Positions 39,424 through 48,695 are shown, numbered from the stretch's first letter. The stretch is 64,000 bases of DNA from an uncultured Actinomycetes bacterium (GCA_963836345.1 CAWIJA010000007.1:43092-107091); one strand, 5' to 3'. The notes: generated by a model not told the origin, from the sequence alone. Translations and numbers: made by a program.

Positions 39424-39900
39424 TCAGGTGACGAGGTAGGGAATCACGAAAGCGAGCGTCATCACTACTGCGACCACGACGGCGAGCCCGGTGTAGAGCA
39501 GCACGATCGAGCGCACGAGCGGAGGTTCGGCCCTCGGCCGGCTCCGCCGCCGGGCTCGTTCGGGCGAGCGGCGAACCGAGAGCGTCGCGCCGCTGGTCAG
39601 CCACGCTGCCTCGAGCCTGTCAGATCGCTCCCGAGCGTGGACGAGCCGCGGCGGATCCAGCTCGAGGACGCGGGCGTCGGGATCGACGACGACCCAGCGG
39701 CGCTCGGCGTCGACGGTCACGACGTCTGTCGCGAGCACGAGACCGCGCTGTCCTCCGTCGGCGCGGACGGCGAACCCGGCCGGCCGGCCGTCGTCCCCCA
39801 GCCAGAGCTCCTCCACCGAGCCGAGCCGAGCATCAGCGGTGACGACTCGGAAGCCGTCGCATCCGAGGAGCGCATCCGCGAGGGGCGGCGCAATCGTCAT
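39424..39900 (-). CDS. PRC-barrel-like protein with a C-terminal TM anchor
   Basis: ATG 39900: MTIAPPLADALLGCDGFRVVTADARLGSVEELWLGDDGRPAGFAVRA...; C-terminal IVLLYTGLAVVVAVVMTLAFVIPYLV. Confidence 0.5.
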   Translation of the reverse strand: MTIAPPLADALLGCDGFRVVTADARLGSVEELWLGDDGRPAGFAVRADGGQRGLVLATDVVTVDAERRWVVVDPDARVLELDPPRLVHARERSDRLEAAWLTSGATLSVRRSPERARRRSRPRAEPPLVRSIVLLYTGLAVVVAVVMTLAFVIPYLVT

Positions 39901-40111
39901 CGCATTCTGTTTCCCGATTGCCGCAGAGTCACTCCAGGGGGTGATCTCGGATCCCTCGACCGGATGATTTCCGGAGCCCCGAATCGGAAGCATCGTGATC
40001 GTTCACGCAACCTAAGCCGTCGAAATCTCTCGAAAGCTGCCGTTGAAGCCGCGCGGCGAGCGAGTCGATGGACACCCGAGTGACAGCGAATGCCGTTGTG
40101 GGGAGGCCGAG

Positions 40112-42526
40112 ATGATCCGACTGCTGATGTGTGACGACTCCGCCGAGGCGCGGACGTTGCTCCGGACGATGCTCGCCGGCGATCGTGAGATCGAGATCGT
40201 CGGGGAAGCAACCGACGGGAGCGAGGCGCTCGCGCTGGCGATCGATCTCTCGCCTGACGTCGTGCTCATGGACGTCGCGATGCCCGTCGTCGACGGTGTG
40301 GAGGCGACGCGACGGCTGAAGGAGCTCCTCCCCTCTACGCGAATCGTCGCACTGGCCGGCTCGGATGACCTCGAGGTCGCCGACGCGATGCTCGATGCCG
40401 GCGCCAGCGCCTACTGCGTCAAGGGAGCGCCGCTCTGGGAGCTCGAGCGTGCGCTGATGGGCGCAGAGGAGCCGCTCGTGCGCCTCGCGCACAGCCTGCC
40501 TCGCGCGTTTCCGGGCGGGGTCGGCCAGCTGCTTGCCCGTGAGCTCGTGGAGCTGACCGGCGCGCTCTGCACGGCGACGTATCTGAGCTCGGCCGAGACC
40601 GGCCTGTCGCTGGCCGGCCTGGCAGGTGCGCCGCCGCGCGACCGCCTCAGCAGCCCTCCGGGCGTCGTGCTGCGCGCCTTTGCCGAGGCGACGTCCGCGC
40701 CCGCGGACGCGCACGAGCTGGCCGAGCTCTACCGGCTCGGCATCCCCTGCGGCGAAGCGCTCGCCCTGCCGCTCGTCGGCGACGGCGTCCGGTTGGGAGC
40801 GCTGCTGGTCGCGATGCCCGCCAACGTCCAGCTCGAGCTCGACACGGAGCTGGTCGCCGCCGCCGCCGACATCGCAGCGGCCTCGCTGGCTCAGGAGCGC
40901 AAGCTCGCACTCACCTACGCCGAGGCCCGCCGCGACGCGCTCACCGGTCTGTTGAACCGCCGTGCGTTCGACGAGCATCTCGACGATCTCCTCGAGCGCG
41001 AGCAGATCGCGCTGATCATGCTCGACGTCGATCACTTCAAGCTCGTCAACGACACCGACGGCCACGCCGCGGGCGACGTCGTCCTGACCACGGTCGGGCG
41101 CGTCCTCCTGCGCACTGCTCGGGCGAACGAGCAGGTCTTCCGAATCGGTGGGGACGAGTTCGCGCTGGTGATTCTCGGCGATGCGAGCGACGCCGCGAGC
41201 GCAACCAAGCGCCTGCTCCACGCGGTTCGCGACCAGCGGCGCGGGCTGGCGCTACCCACCCTCTCGGCGGGCATCGCCGACGCCGCACCCGGGACGACGA
41301 CCAAGGAGGAGCTGGTCGCCCGAGCGGACGCGGCGCTCTACGCGGCCAAGGACGCGGGTCGCGACCGGCTCGTCATCGCTGATGAACAGACCGCTCGGCG
41401 GCCGGTCGAATCCCCTCCGCCCACGCCGGTATCGGAATCGGTGGTGCTTCCCGGGACGCGGGCGCTACGGCTGCTGCTGGTCGACGACGATCCCGGGCTG
41501 CTGATGCTGCTTCGAACGACGTTCGAGATCGTCGACATCCAGGTCGAGGAGGCCCGCAGCGCGGGTGAGGCCGAGTCCCGGATCGCGGCAGGGTCGCCCG
41601 ACGTGATCGTCCTCGACGTGGCAATGCCGGGCATGGACGGCCTCTCCTTCTGCCGGGCGCTGAAGGCGGCGCCGGCGACGAGGGAGATCCCGGTCGTCAT
41701 CCTGTCGGGCGCCGATACGGGCGAGGAAGAGGCGCGCGCCGCGGGAGCGGATTCGTTCCTGCGCAAGCCGTTCAGCCCGCTTGATCTGCTCGGCCTGGTC
41801 GAACAGCTCGCCGGCGGGCTGTTCGAGGGGCCGTTCCGGCTCATGGTCGACGAGCGCCCGGAGGAGCAGCTGCTTCTGTACGCCCGCGACCTGCGCCGCC
41901 TGCTGGAGCTCGAGCGCGGCCAGCGGCACCTGATCAAGACGGCGTACGAGGAGACGATCGGCGCATTTGCAGGGGCGCTCGCAGCGAAGGACTTCGGAAC
42001 GGGAGCGCACTCTCAGCGGGTTGTCCGCTACGCGAAGGAGCTGACACGAGCGGTGGAGCCGGCCCTGCTCGACGATCCGAGCCTCGAGCACGGGTTCCTG
42101 CTTCACGACGTGGGCAAGATCGGCGTCCCCGACTCGATCCTCCAGAAGACGTGCAACCTGACGCGCGACGAACGAATCGTCATGCGGTCGCACACCGTCC
42201 TCGGCTCCCAGCTGCTCTCGCAGGTCCCGCTGCTCCAGGGCGAAGGGCTTGGCGTGATTCGCTCGCACCACGAGCGCTGGGACGGGAGCGGCTATCCGGA
42301 CATGCTGACCGCCGAGGACATCCCGCTCGGAGCCCGCATCTTCGCGGTCGCCGACACCCTCGACGCGATCACGAGCGACCGGCCCTACCGCGACGCCGCC
42401 CCGTGGGAGACCGCGGTCGGCGAGATCTTCGCGCAGTCCAGGCACCAGTTCGATCCGAAGGTCGTCGATGCATTCGGGGCGATCGAACCCCGACTGCGCC
42501 GCCTGAGGCAGCGAATGGCCGCCTGA
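40112..42526 (+). CDS. REC-GAF(like)-GGDEF-REC-HD-GYP multidomain response regulator
   Basis: ATG 40112 after GGGGAGG. REC1: MCDDS...DVVLMDVAMPVVDG. GGDEF: RIGGDEFAL. REC2: LLLVDDD...DVIVLDVAMPGMDG...LRKPF. HD-GYP: LLHDVGKIGVP...HHERWDGSGYP. Confidence 0.85.
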   Translation: MIRLLMCDDSAEARTLLRTMLAGDREIEIVGEATDGSEALALAIDLSPDVVLMDVAMPVVDGVEATRRLKELLPSTRIVALAGSDDLEVADAMLDAGASAYCVKGAPLWELERALMGAEEPLVRLAHSLPRAFPGGVGQLLARELVELTGALCTATYLSSAETGLSLAGLAGAPPRDRLSSPPGVVLRAFAEATSAPADAHELAELYRLGIPCGEALALPLVGDGVRLGALLVAMPANVQLELDTELVAAAADIAAASLAQERKLALTYAEARRDALTGLLNRRAFDEHLDDLLEREQIALIMLDVDHFKLVNDTDGHAAGDVVLTTVGRVLLRTARANEQVFRIGGDEFALVILGDASDAASATKRLLHAVRDQRRGLALPTLSAGIADAAPGTTTKEELVARADAALYAAKDAGRDRLVIADEQTARRPVESPPPTPVSESVVLPGTRALRLLLVDDDPGLLMLLRTTFEIVDIQVEEARSAGEAESRIAAGSPDVIVLDVAMPGMDGLSFCRALKAAPATREIPVVILSGADTGEEEARAAGADSFLRKPFSPLDLLGLVEQLAGGLFEGPFRLMVDERPEEQLLLYARDLRRLLELERGQRHLIKTAYEETIGAFAGALAAKDFGTGAHSQRVVRYAKELTRAVEPALLDDPSLEHGFLLHDVGKIGVPDSILQKTCNLTRDERIVMRSHTVLGSQLLSQVPLLQGEGLGVIRSHHERWDGSGYPDMLTAEDIPLGARIFAVADTLDAITSDRPYRDAAPWETAVGEIFAQSRHQFDPKVVDAFGAIEPRLRRLRQRMAA

Positions 42527-43475
42527 CGGTTCTCCCCGGAGAGGCACCTAAGGACACAGCCGCTACGGGGCTGTTGGCCTCCAGACCGGCGACGAGTCGC
42601 TCGGGCGCGGCGTCCGGTCGCTTCCGAGACGGCCTTGTCGCCAGGGCGGAACCGAGCAGGACGAGCGCGAAGCCGAAGCCCATGCTGACGGTGAACGATT
42701 CGTCGAGGATGGTCACCCCGAGCAGCGCCGCGACCGCCGGGTTCACGTAGGTGATCACGGTCGCGCGGACGGGCCCGATCTCTCCGATCAGGGCGAAGAA
42801 GAGGATGAACGCAACCGCGGTGCAGACGATCGCGAGCCCCGCCACGGAGCCGAGCACGCGCCCCGACGGAACCCCGTCGGGAATGCTGAAGGCCGCGATC
42901 GGCGCGTAGACGAGCGCGCTGATCCCGAGCGAGACTGCGATCACGCCGAGCGCCGGCAGCCCGGCCAGGTAGCGCGCGAGCAGGATCGGCCCGACCGCAT
43001 ACCCGAGGACGACCAGGGCCAGCTCGACGAGCGCCGTTGCGCTCGCGCCGCCGAGGTCGAATCCGACGAGCACGGCAACGCCGGCCACCCCTACGAGGAG
43101 CCCGGTCGTGCTCGCGAAGCCGAGTCGCTCCCGGTCGCCGGTCGTCCGCGCGATTGCTGCGCCGACGAGCGGTACGGCGGCGATCATCAGAGCGGCGAGC
43201 GAGCTGGAGACGTGCGTCTCGGCGCTCGAGAGCAGAACCCAGGGGAGGGCGATCTCCACCGCCGCAAAGACCAGGAGCGCCGGCCACCGGCGGATGACTG
43301 GACCGAGCTCGCCCCGGCCGGCGGCGACGGGCACGAGCAGCAGCGCCGCGATCGAGGTGCGCGCGAAGACGAGCATCTCCGGGCTGAGCTCGCGGACAGC
43401 GACACGGATCAGGAGATACGGGATCCCCCAGATCAGGCACATGAGCCCGAACAGGACGAATCCGCGCCTCGTCAT
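42369..43475 (-). CDS. EamA/DMT family transporter (C-terminal end uncertain)
   Basis: 10-TM pattern: LMCLIWGIPYLLIRVAV..., ...YVNPAVAALLGVTILDE. The last ~90 aa are Arg/Pro-rich and overlap the convergent HD-GYP gene by 158 nt. Confidence 0.75.
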   Translation of the reverse strand: MTRRGFVLFGLMCLIWGIPYLLIRVAVRELSPEMLVFARTSIAALLLVPVAAGRGELGPVIRRWPALLVFAAVEIALPWVLLSSAETHVSSSLAALMIAAVPLVGAAIARTTGDRERLGFASTTGLLVGVAGVAVLVGFDLGGASATALVELALVVLGYAVGPILLARYLAGLPALGVIAVSLGISALVYAPIAAFSIPDGVPSGRVLGSVAGLAIVCTAVAFILFFALIGEIGPVRATVITYVNPAVAALLGVTILDESFTVSMGFGFALVLLGSALATRPSRKRPDAAPERLVAGLEANSPVAAVSLGASPGRTVRRPFAASGGAVGVRSPRMHRRPSDRTGAWTARRSRRPRSPTGRRRGRAGRS

Positions 43476-43602
43476 TCCCCCACGCTACAAGTGCGATGGA
43501 AGCAGCCGCCACAAGAGTTCCTTGTCGTCTCGATTAATCGCGGAAAGACCCGTAGGTGCGGCTGACTCCACCCCGGCAGTCTCGGCGGTTTACGATCGGC
43601 TC

Positions 43603-44019
43603 ATGGCGTTTCGCAAGGACGCGAAGGTCGAGCTGATCTCCAGAGTGCCACTGCTCGCCGGCTGCTCGAAGAGCGAGTTGGGCAGGATCGCCAGCCTCGC
43701 CGACCTGGTCGATTTCGCAGAAGGCGACAAGCTGATGCAGGAAGGCACCTCCGGAAGCGAGTTCTTCATCCTCGTCGAGGGCACTGCGCGGGTCACTCGG
43801 CGCGGCCGCAAGCTCGCCGATCTCGGAGCCGGAGGCTGGGTCGGGGAGATTGCGCTCATCTCGACGGTCCCTCGCACCGCCACGGTTGTCGCCACCTCCC
43901 CGTTGCAGACCCTCGTGCTGACGCGGAGGGGTTTCTCCGATCTCGTGCACCACGTGCCGGCGATCGGGATCAAGGTGCTCGCAGCGGTCGGCCAGCGTCT
44001 TGCCGACCAGACGGTTTAG
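43603..44019 (+). CDS. stand-alone cyclic-nucleotide-binding (CAP effector) domain protein
   Basis: 138 aa: LLAGCSKSELGRIASLADLVDFAEGDKLMQEGTSGSEFFILVEGTARV...GGWVGEIALISTVPRTATVVA. No DNA-binding or other output domain. Confidence 0.8.
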   Translation: MAFRKDAKVELISRVPLLAGCSKSELGRIASLADLVDFAEGDKLMQEGTSGSEFFILVEGTARVTRRGRKLADLGAGGWVGEIALISTVPRTATVVATSPLQTLVLTRRGFSDLVHHVPAIGIKVLAAVGQRLADQTV

Positions 44020-44048
44020 CCGGCTTCGCGCCGTCGCGTGACCGTTTC

Positions 44049-45191
44049 CTACGCCGGCAGCGAGCGGACGTCTACCGACTGTGATCGGTCGATCCAGAAC
44101 CTCCTCGCCCAGAGAGCGACATAGACGAGCGCGACGAGGACGGGCACTTCGATCAGCGGCCCGACGACACCTGCCAGCGCCTGCCCCGAGGTCGCGCCGA
44201 AGACGCCGACCGCGACGGCGATTGCGAGCTCGAAGTCGTTGCTGGCGACCGTGAACGAGAGGCTGGCCGTCTGCGCGTAGGGGAAGCCGAGCAGCCTCCC
44301 TGCGACGAAGCCGGCAACCCACATCAGCCCGAAGTAGACGAGCAGCGGAAGCGCGATACGCACGACGTCGAGCGGCTGGGAGGTGATGCGGTCTCCCTGA
44401 ATGGCGAAGAGAAGCACGATCGTGAAGAGCAGCCCGTAGAGGGTGATCGGCGCGATTCGGGGGATGAAGCGCTGCTCGAACCAGTCGCGACCACGGCTGC
44501 GCAGCCCGATCCGGCGGGTGAGGTAGCCCGCGGTGAGCGGAATCCCGAGGAAGATCAAGACGGTGCGCGCGACCTCCCAGATCCCGACCTCGAAGCCCTG
44601 TGTGTCGAGGCCGAGCCAGCCCGGCAGCACGGTCAGGTAGAAGTAGCCGAGGAGCGAGTACGCGACGACCTGGAAGAGGGCGTTGAAGACGACAAGGACG
44701 GCGGCGCGGTCGCGATCACCTTTGGCGATGTCGTTCCAGATCAACACCATGGCGATACAGCGAGCGAGCCCGACAATGATCACGCCGGTTCGGTAGGCAG
44801 GTTGGTGGGGCAGGAGCAGCCAGGCGAGCGTGAACATCAGAGCGGGCCCGACGATCCAGGAGAGAAACAGCGAGACCCCGAAGAAGCGCCGGTTCGAGAC
44901 ACCGTCGTGGCTCATTCGCCCGAGGTCCTCGTAGCGGACCTTCACGAGCACCGGGTACATCATCAGGAGCAGCCCCGCAGCGATCGGCAGGCTCACGGTC
45001 CCGACCTGTAGCCGCTCGAGACCGTCGTTCAGTCCAGGGACGAGCGCGCCGAGGCCGAGACCTGCCGCCATCGCGAGCGCGATCCACAACGGGAGGAACC
45101 GGTCGAGAGTCGAGAGCCTCGCGAGGACGGGGGCCTCGGCGATACGCACTTCCGGGGCGGTTGCAACGCGAGCGGCGTCAGTGGCAGCCAT
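44049..45191 (-). CDS. acr3: ACR3 family arsenite efflux transporter
   Basis: LSTLDRFLPLWIALAMAAGLGLG...LLLMMYPVLVKVRYEDLG...; 10 TM; adjacent to arsC/arsR. Confidence 0.85.
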   Translation of the reverse strand: MAATDAARVATAPEVRIAEAPVLARLSTLDRFLPLWIALAMAAGLGLGALVPGLNDGLERLQVGTVSLPIAAGLLLMMYPVLVKVRYEDLGRMSHDGVSNRRFFGVSLFLSWIVGPALMFTLAWLLLPHQPAYRTGVIIVGLARCIAMVLIWNDIAKGDRDRAAVLVVFNALFQVVAYSLLGYFYLTVLPGWLGLDTQGFEVGIWEVARTVLIFLGIPLTAGYLTRRIGLRSRGRDWFEQRFIPRIAPITLYGLLFTIVLLFAIQGDRITSQPLDVVRIALPLLVYFGLMWVAGFVAGRLLGFPYAQTASLSFTVASNDFELAIAVAVGVFGATSGQALAGVVGPLIEVPVLVALVYVALWARRFWIDRSQSVDVRSLPA

Positions 45192-45200
45192 GGACTGCCG

Positions 45201-45830
45201 TCACGTCGGGAGCAGCTCCCGGACCAGCTGCTGGACACGTGCATCGATCTCGTCGCGGATCCGTCGAACCGTCTCGAGGTCCTGACCAGCAGGGTCGTCG
45301 AGCTCCCAGTCCTCGTAGCGCTTCCCCGGGTAGATCGGGCACGCATCTCCGCACCCCATCGTGATCACGACGTCCGCGGCGCGAACGACCTCGTCCGTGA
45401 GCGGCTTCGGAAACTCCTCGCTCATGTCCACCCCGATCTCCTCCATCGCCTGCACGGCGGCGGGGTTGATCTCCTCGCCGGGCGCGCTGCCGGCCGAGCG
45501 AACGTGGACGCGTCCCTCGGATCGCAGCTTCACAAGGCCGGCCGCCATCTGGCTGCGACCGGCGTTGTGGACGCAAACGAACAGAACCTCAGGCTGTTCT
45601 TTCACGAGGGTTCCTTCTACCTGAGCGACCGCTTTCAATCGCTCGCGGGCAAAACGGTGGGCAAGGACGGGAACGTAGACGTTGATCTTCGCACCGCCAA
45701 GGAGGTCGAGCGATTCGGCGATGTACCGCTCGATCGTCTCCTCCGAGAACACACCCTTGAACTCGTCGGCGAGCCGTGCCGCCGCCTGGTGGACATGGTG
45801 CTGCGTGACGGGATCGAGCGCCTGGCTCAT
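45201..45830 (-). CDS. arsC: arsenate reductase, LMW-PTP type, with an ~85-aa N-terminal helical extension
   Basis: ATG 45830. P-loop VLFVCVHNAGRSQMA and downstream ITMGCGDACP. The N-terminal domain is HHVHQAAARLADEFKGVFSEETIERYIAES... Confidence 0.8.
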   Translation of the reverse strand: MSQALDPVTQHHVHQAAARLADEFKGVFSEETIERYIAESLDLLGGAKINVYVPVLAHRFARERLKAVAQVEGTLVKEQPEVLFVCVHNAGRSQMAAGLVKLRSEGRVHVRSAGSAPGEEINPAAVQAMEEIGVDMSEEFPKPLTDEVVRAADVVITMGCGDACPIYPGKRYEDWELDDPAGQDLETVRRIRDEIDARVQQLVRELLPT

Positions 45831-45842
45831 GTCTTCGCTCCT

Positions 45843-45866
45843 CGATATCGATCTCGATCGATATCG
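45843..45866. promoter_or_regulatory. candidate ArsR operator: 11-bp perfect inverted repeat in the arsC-arsR divergent intergenic region
   Basis: CGATATCGATC-tc-GATCGATATCG. A second dyad TGTCGC-a-GCGACA lies at 45871-45883, with further ATCGAT copies up to the arsR ATG. Confidence 0.5.
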
Positions 45867-45904
45867 GCAGTGTCGCAGCGACATCGATCTGTGTCAATAT
45901 CTCG

Positions 45905-46237
45905 ATGGTGAAGACACTCGCCACTCTGACTGCGACCTGCCCCCCGCTCCTCGCCGGTCCCTTGGCGGCCGGGGACGCCGAGAACCTCGCCCGCGCGCTC
46001 AAGGTGCTCGCCGACCCGGCGCGGCTGCGCCTCCTCAGCCTGATCCAGTCGCAGCCCGAGCAGGAGGCCTGCGTCTGCCACCTCACCGAGCCGCTCGGGC
46101 TCGGCCAGCCGACGGTCAGCCACCACCTGAAGGTGCTGCTCGACGCGGGGCTCGTACAGCGGGAGCAGCGAGGAAGCTGGGCGTACTTCCGTGTGGTCCC
46201 CGACCAGTTGGAAGCGCTGCGAGAGCTCCTCGGCTGA
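45905..46237 (+). CDS. arsR: ArsR/SmtB family metalloregulator
   Basis: LKVLADPARLRLLSLIQSQPEQEACVCHLTEPLGLGQPTVSHHLKVLLDAGLV (CVC metalloid site plus wHTH). Confidence 0.85.
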   Translation: MVKTLATLTATCPPLLAGPLAAGDAENLARALKVLADPARLRLLSLIQSQPEQEACVCHLTEPLGLGQPTVSHHLKVLLDAGLVQREQRGSWAYFRVVPDQLEALRELLG

Positions 46238-46272
46238 CAGTCGATGGGGCTTCACGCCGTTACGCTTCGAGC

Positions 46273-46935
46273 GTGAGCCAGCAGACGATTCCGCTCGTCT
46301 CGATCCGCCAACCCGAGCGGCTCGGAGCTGCCGAGCGAGACAAGCTCCAGCACCAGGCACGGTTGCTCGCCTGGGGCGGGATCGGCTGGCATTTCATCGA
46401 GTTCGGCATCGCGCTCGGGGCCGGGATCGCCGCCGGCTCCATCGCACTGATCGGTTTCGGCGCTGACAGCCTGATCGAGTCGTTCGCGGGCTTCGTCGTC
46501 GTCTGGCTCTTCACGGGTGCGCGCATCCATTCGTCGACGGCTGAACGTCGTGCCCAACGGGCGATCTCTGCAAGCTTCTTCGTGCTGGCGGCCTACGTAG
46601 TCGTGGAGTCGATCCGTACCCTGCTCGGCGGCGTGCACCCCGAGGTGAGCTGGATCGGAGTCGGACTCGCAGCATTCACCGCGCCGACGATGCCGCTACT
46701 CGCGCACGCGAAGCGCCGACTCGGAAACAAGCTGCATTCGTCCGCGACCGTGAAAGAGGGCGCACAGAACATGCTCTGCGCCTATCTCTCGGTCGCACTC
46801 CTCACCGGCCTGCTTCTGAACGCGCTCGCCGGTTGGTGGTGGGCAGACCCAATTGCTGCACTCGTGATCGCGATCGTCGCGGTGAAGGAAGGGCGGGAGA
46901 GCTGGCGCGGCGAAGGCTGCTGCGACGCCTGCTGA
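46273..46935 (+). CDS. cation-efflux (CDF transmembrane-domain-like) protein with a Cys-rich C-terminus
   Basis: GTG 46273. GSIALIGFGADSLIESFAGFVVVW..., 5-6 TM, C-terminal WRGEGCCDAC. Confidence 0.6.
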   Translation: MSQQTIPLVSIRQPERLGAAERDKLQHQARLLAWGGIGWHFIEFGIALGAGIAAGSIALIGFGADSLIESFAGFVVVWLFTGARIHSSTAERRAQRAISASFFVLAAYVVVESIRTLLGGVHPEVSWIGVGLAAFTAPTMPLLAHAKRRLGNKLHSSATVKEGAQNMLCAYLSVALLTGLLLNALAGWWWADPIAALVIAIVAVKEGRESWRGEGCCDAC

Positions 46936-46981
46936 CCGGCGAGCTCCGACCATCCGGTCGGCCGCGAGTCCGGCGGTGTTC

Positions 46982-47638
46982 CTAGACGTCCACGACCCAG
47001 AAGGCGACGACGCTGTACTGCAGGGCAACTGCTGCGACCACGAGCACATGAAAGATCTCGTGGTAGCCGAAGACCGTCGGTAAGGGATCGGGACGGCGCA
47101 GCGCATAGACGACGCCGCCGATCGTGTAACAGAGTCCGCCGAGAAGCAAGAGCGTCGTTCCGTCCCAGCCCACGCCTTTGATCAATTGCGGAAGGACGAT
47201 CACTGCGATCCAGCCGAGCGAGATCGCGATCACCGCGGCGAGCCACTTGGGCCCATCCACCCAGGCGAACTTGAGAATGATCGCGGCGGCCGCTCCGCCC
47301 CAAACTACGGCGAGGATGACGGTCCGCCACGTACCCTGCAAGACGAGCAGCCCGAACGGCGTGTAGGTCCCTGCGATCGCAAGGTAGACACCGGCATGGT
47401 CGATGCGCCGCGACCAGCGATAGCCCCTCTCGTTCCACGTCACTCGGTGATGCAGCGCACTGGCGCCGAACATCGCCGCGACAGCCGCTGCGAAGATCGC
47501 CGCCGCAAACTGGACCCGGCCTGGCGGCGCAGCCGCGACCAACAGGCTGCCGACGACCAGCGCGACGAAAAAGGCGCACAGGTGGAACACCCCTCGCAAG
47601 ATTGGCCGCGCGCGGCCTTCGAGTGAGTCAGCAGGCAT
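46982..47638 (-). CDS. hemolysin III (PAQR/YqfA) family membrane protein
   Basis: RGVFHLCAFFVAL...SALHHRV...RRIDHAGVYLAIAGTYTPF...FGYHEIFHVLVV. Confidence 0.85.
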   Translation of the reverse strand: MPADSLEGRARPILRGVFHLCAFFVALVVGSLLVAAAPPGRVQFAAAIFAAAVAAMFGASALHHRVTWNERGYRWSRRIDHAGVYLAIAGTYTPFGLLVLQGTWRTVILAVVWGGAAAAIILKFAWVDGPKWLAAVIAISLGWIAVIVLPQLIKGVGWDGTTLLLLGGLCYTIGGVVYALRRPDPLPTVFGYHEIFHVLVVAAVALQYSVVAFWVVDV

Positions 47639-47936
47639 CGACCGGCTTGCGTATACGCGGGACGATCGTGGTCCGGGTGGTTGCTTGCTCAGGTATGCGC
47701 TCGTTCCGCCTCTCCGCGAGCGTAGCAGTCCGTACGCCCTGCCTCGCCCCGGCGATCGGCGTTTCTAGGCCTCCGCGGATGGCTGCTACTGTGATCGGGC
47801 AGCGAGCCGCACGTCCTCCTCGTTGAGACCTCGACTCGACGGATCGGAAGGTGGACGGCGATGGCAGCAAGAAGCGAGCCGGGCCGGGGATTGCATTCGT
47901 GCACGTCCGGACCGGCCTGACGACCGAGGGAGGCCG

Positions 47937-48197
47937 ATGAGCTCAAAGAAGAAGCGACAGACACTGGAAAAGTTGCGCCGGGAGCAGACGGTGCGAAAAC
48001 GCCGGGAAGACAAGGCGCAGCGGAAAGCCGAGGCGCGAGCCGCCAAGGCCGACGCGACCATCGAGACGATTCCATCCGAGACCTCGCCCGTCGAGGCCGA
48101 AGATCCTCAGGATCAGCCGTTGCCTGCTACCGTGGACCCAACGAAGAACGGGTCCGGTCTGCGCGATGCGCCTTCCTTACGCGTTCACCAGCAGTAA
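47937..48197 (+). CDS. hypothetical Lys/Arg-rich small protein (86 aa), weak call
   Basis: GGGAGG 4 nt before the [40 protein letters not shown]... The 3' end runs into the csp SD region and GC3 falls there. Confidence 0.3.
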   Translation: MSSKKKRQTLEKLRREQTVRKRREDKAQRKAEARAAKADATIETIPSETSPVEAEDPQDQPLPATVDPTKNGSGLRDAPSLRVHQQ

Positions 48198-48210
48198 GGG
48201 AGGTGTTTTT

Positions 48211-48417
48211 ATGTCAAACGGAACCGTGAAATGGTTCAACGATTCGAAGGGGTACGGCTTCATCACCCCCGACGAAGGCTCGAAGGATCTCTTCGTGCAC
48301 CACTCCAACATCGCGGGTGACGGATTCAAGTCGCTCAGCGAGGGTGCGCGTGTCGAGTACGAGCAGCGCGAAGGCTCAAAGGGCCCTGAGGCGACGAACG
48401 TCGTTCCGGTGGCGTAG
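48211..48417 (+). CDS. cold-shock protein (CspA family), second copy
   Basis: [34 protein letters not shown]. Same GTAAGGGAGGTGTT SD context as cspA at 33270. Confidence 0.95.
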   Translation: MSNGTVKWFNDSKGYGFITPDEGSKDLFVHHSNIAGDGFKSLSEGARVEYEQREGSKGPEATNVVPVA

Positions 48418-48429
48418 AGCCAACCGCTG

Positions 48430-48457
48430 GTAGCCCGGTTCGATGCAACCGGGCTAC
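48430..48457 (+). terminator. perfect 11-bp hairpin downstream of csp2
   Basis: GTAGCCCGGTT-cgatgc-AACCGGGCTAC, with no clear U tract. Confidence 0.5.
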
Positions 48458-48482
48458 ACCTTCATGCGAAGACGGGAGGCCG

Positions 48483-48695
48483 ATGGGGAGTCCGGAGCAG
48501 AGGAACTACGAGCAGATCGAGCGCCTCGAACGGCTCCTGACCGCCCTCCGCCGCGACCCGTCGACCGCTCGTGAGACGGAAGCGATTCGTGAGATCGGGC
48601 TCGAGATCGCGATCGCGATCCGCGAGGTCGGCGCGATGCTGACCAACGTCGGCTGGGAGCAGTCGTACGCGTCCGAGCGTACGTCCGACTCCTGA
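48483..48695 (+). CDS. hypothetical helical protein (70 aa)
   Basis: GGGAGG SD. MGSPEQRNYEQIERLERLLTALRRDPSTARETEAIREIGLEIAIAIREVG... Confidence 0.4.
   Translation: MGSPEQRNYEQIERLERLLTALRRDPSTARETEAIREIGLEIAIAIREVGAMLTNVGWEQSYASERTSDS

Noticed and set aside
42369-42640. ~90-aa Arg/Pro-rich C-terminal tail of the EamA transporter overlapping the HD-GYP gene; considered as a functional overlap.
   Set aside because: The composition looks like read-through in the absence of stop codons. The functional protein probably ends soon after the tenth TM helix (...LVLLGSALATRP), but no alternative stop can be shown.
47639-47936. ~300-nt intergenic region upstream of the csp cluster, and the 350-nt gap at 50331-50681 (contains an 8-bp stem GTGAGGTC...GACCTCAC). 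Both were inspected for ncRNA or riboswitch signatures.
   Set aside because: I recognise no known riboswitch core (TPP, SAM, cobalamin, glycine, c-di-GMP, ydaO, ZTP, guanidine), and there is no second copy for comparison. Evidence is insufficient.
48430-48457. GGTTCGAT-containing stem that superficially resembles a tRNA T-arm.
   Set aside because: It is a simple 11-bp perfect hairpin directly after the csp2 stop. No acceptor, D or anticodon arms can be drawn around it, so I interpret it as a terminator-like hairpin.
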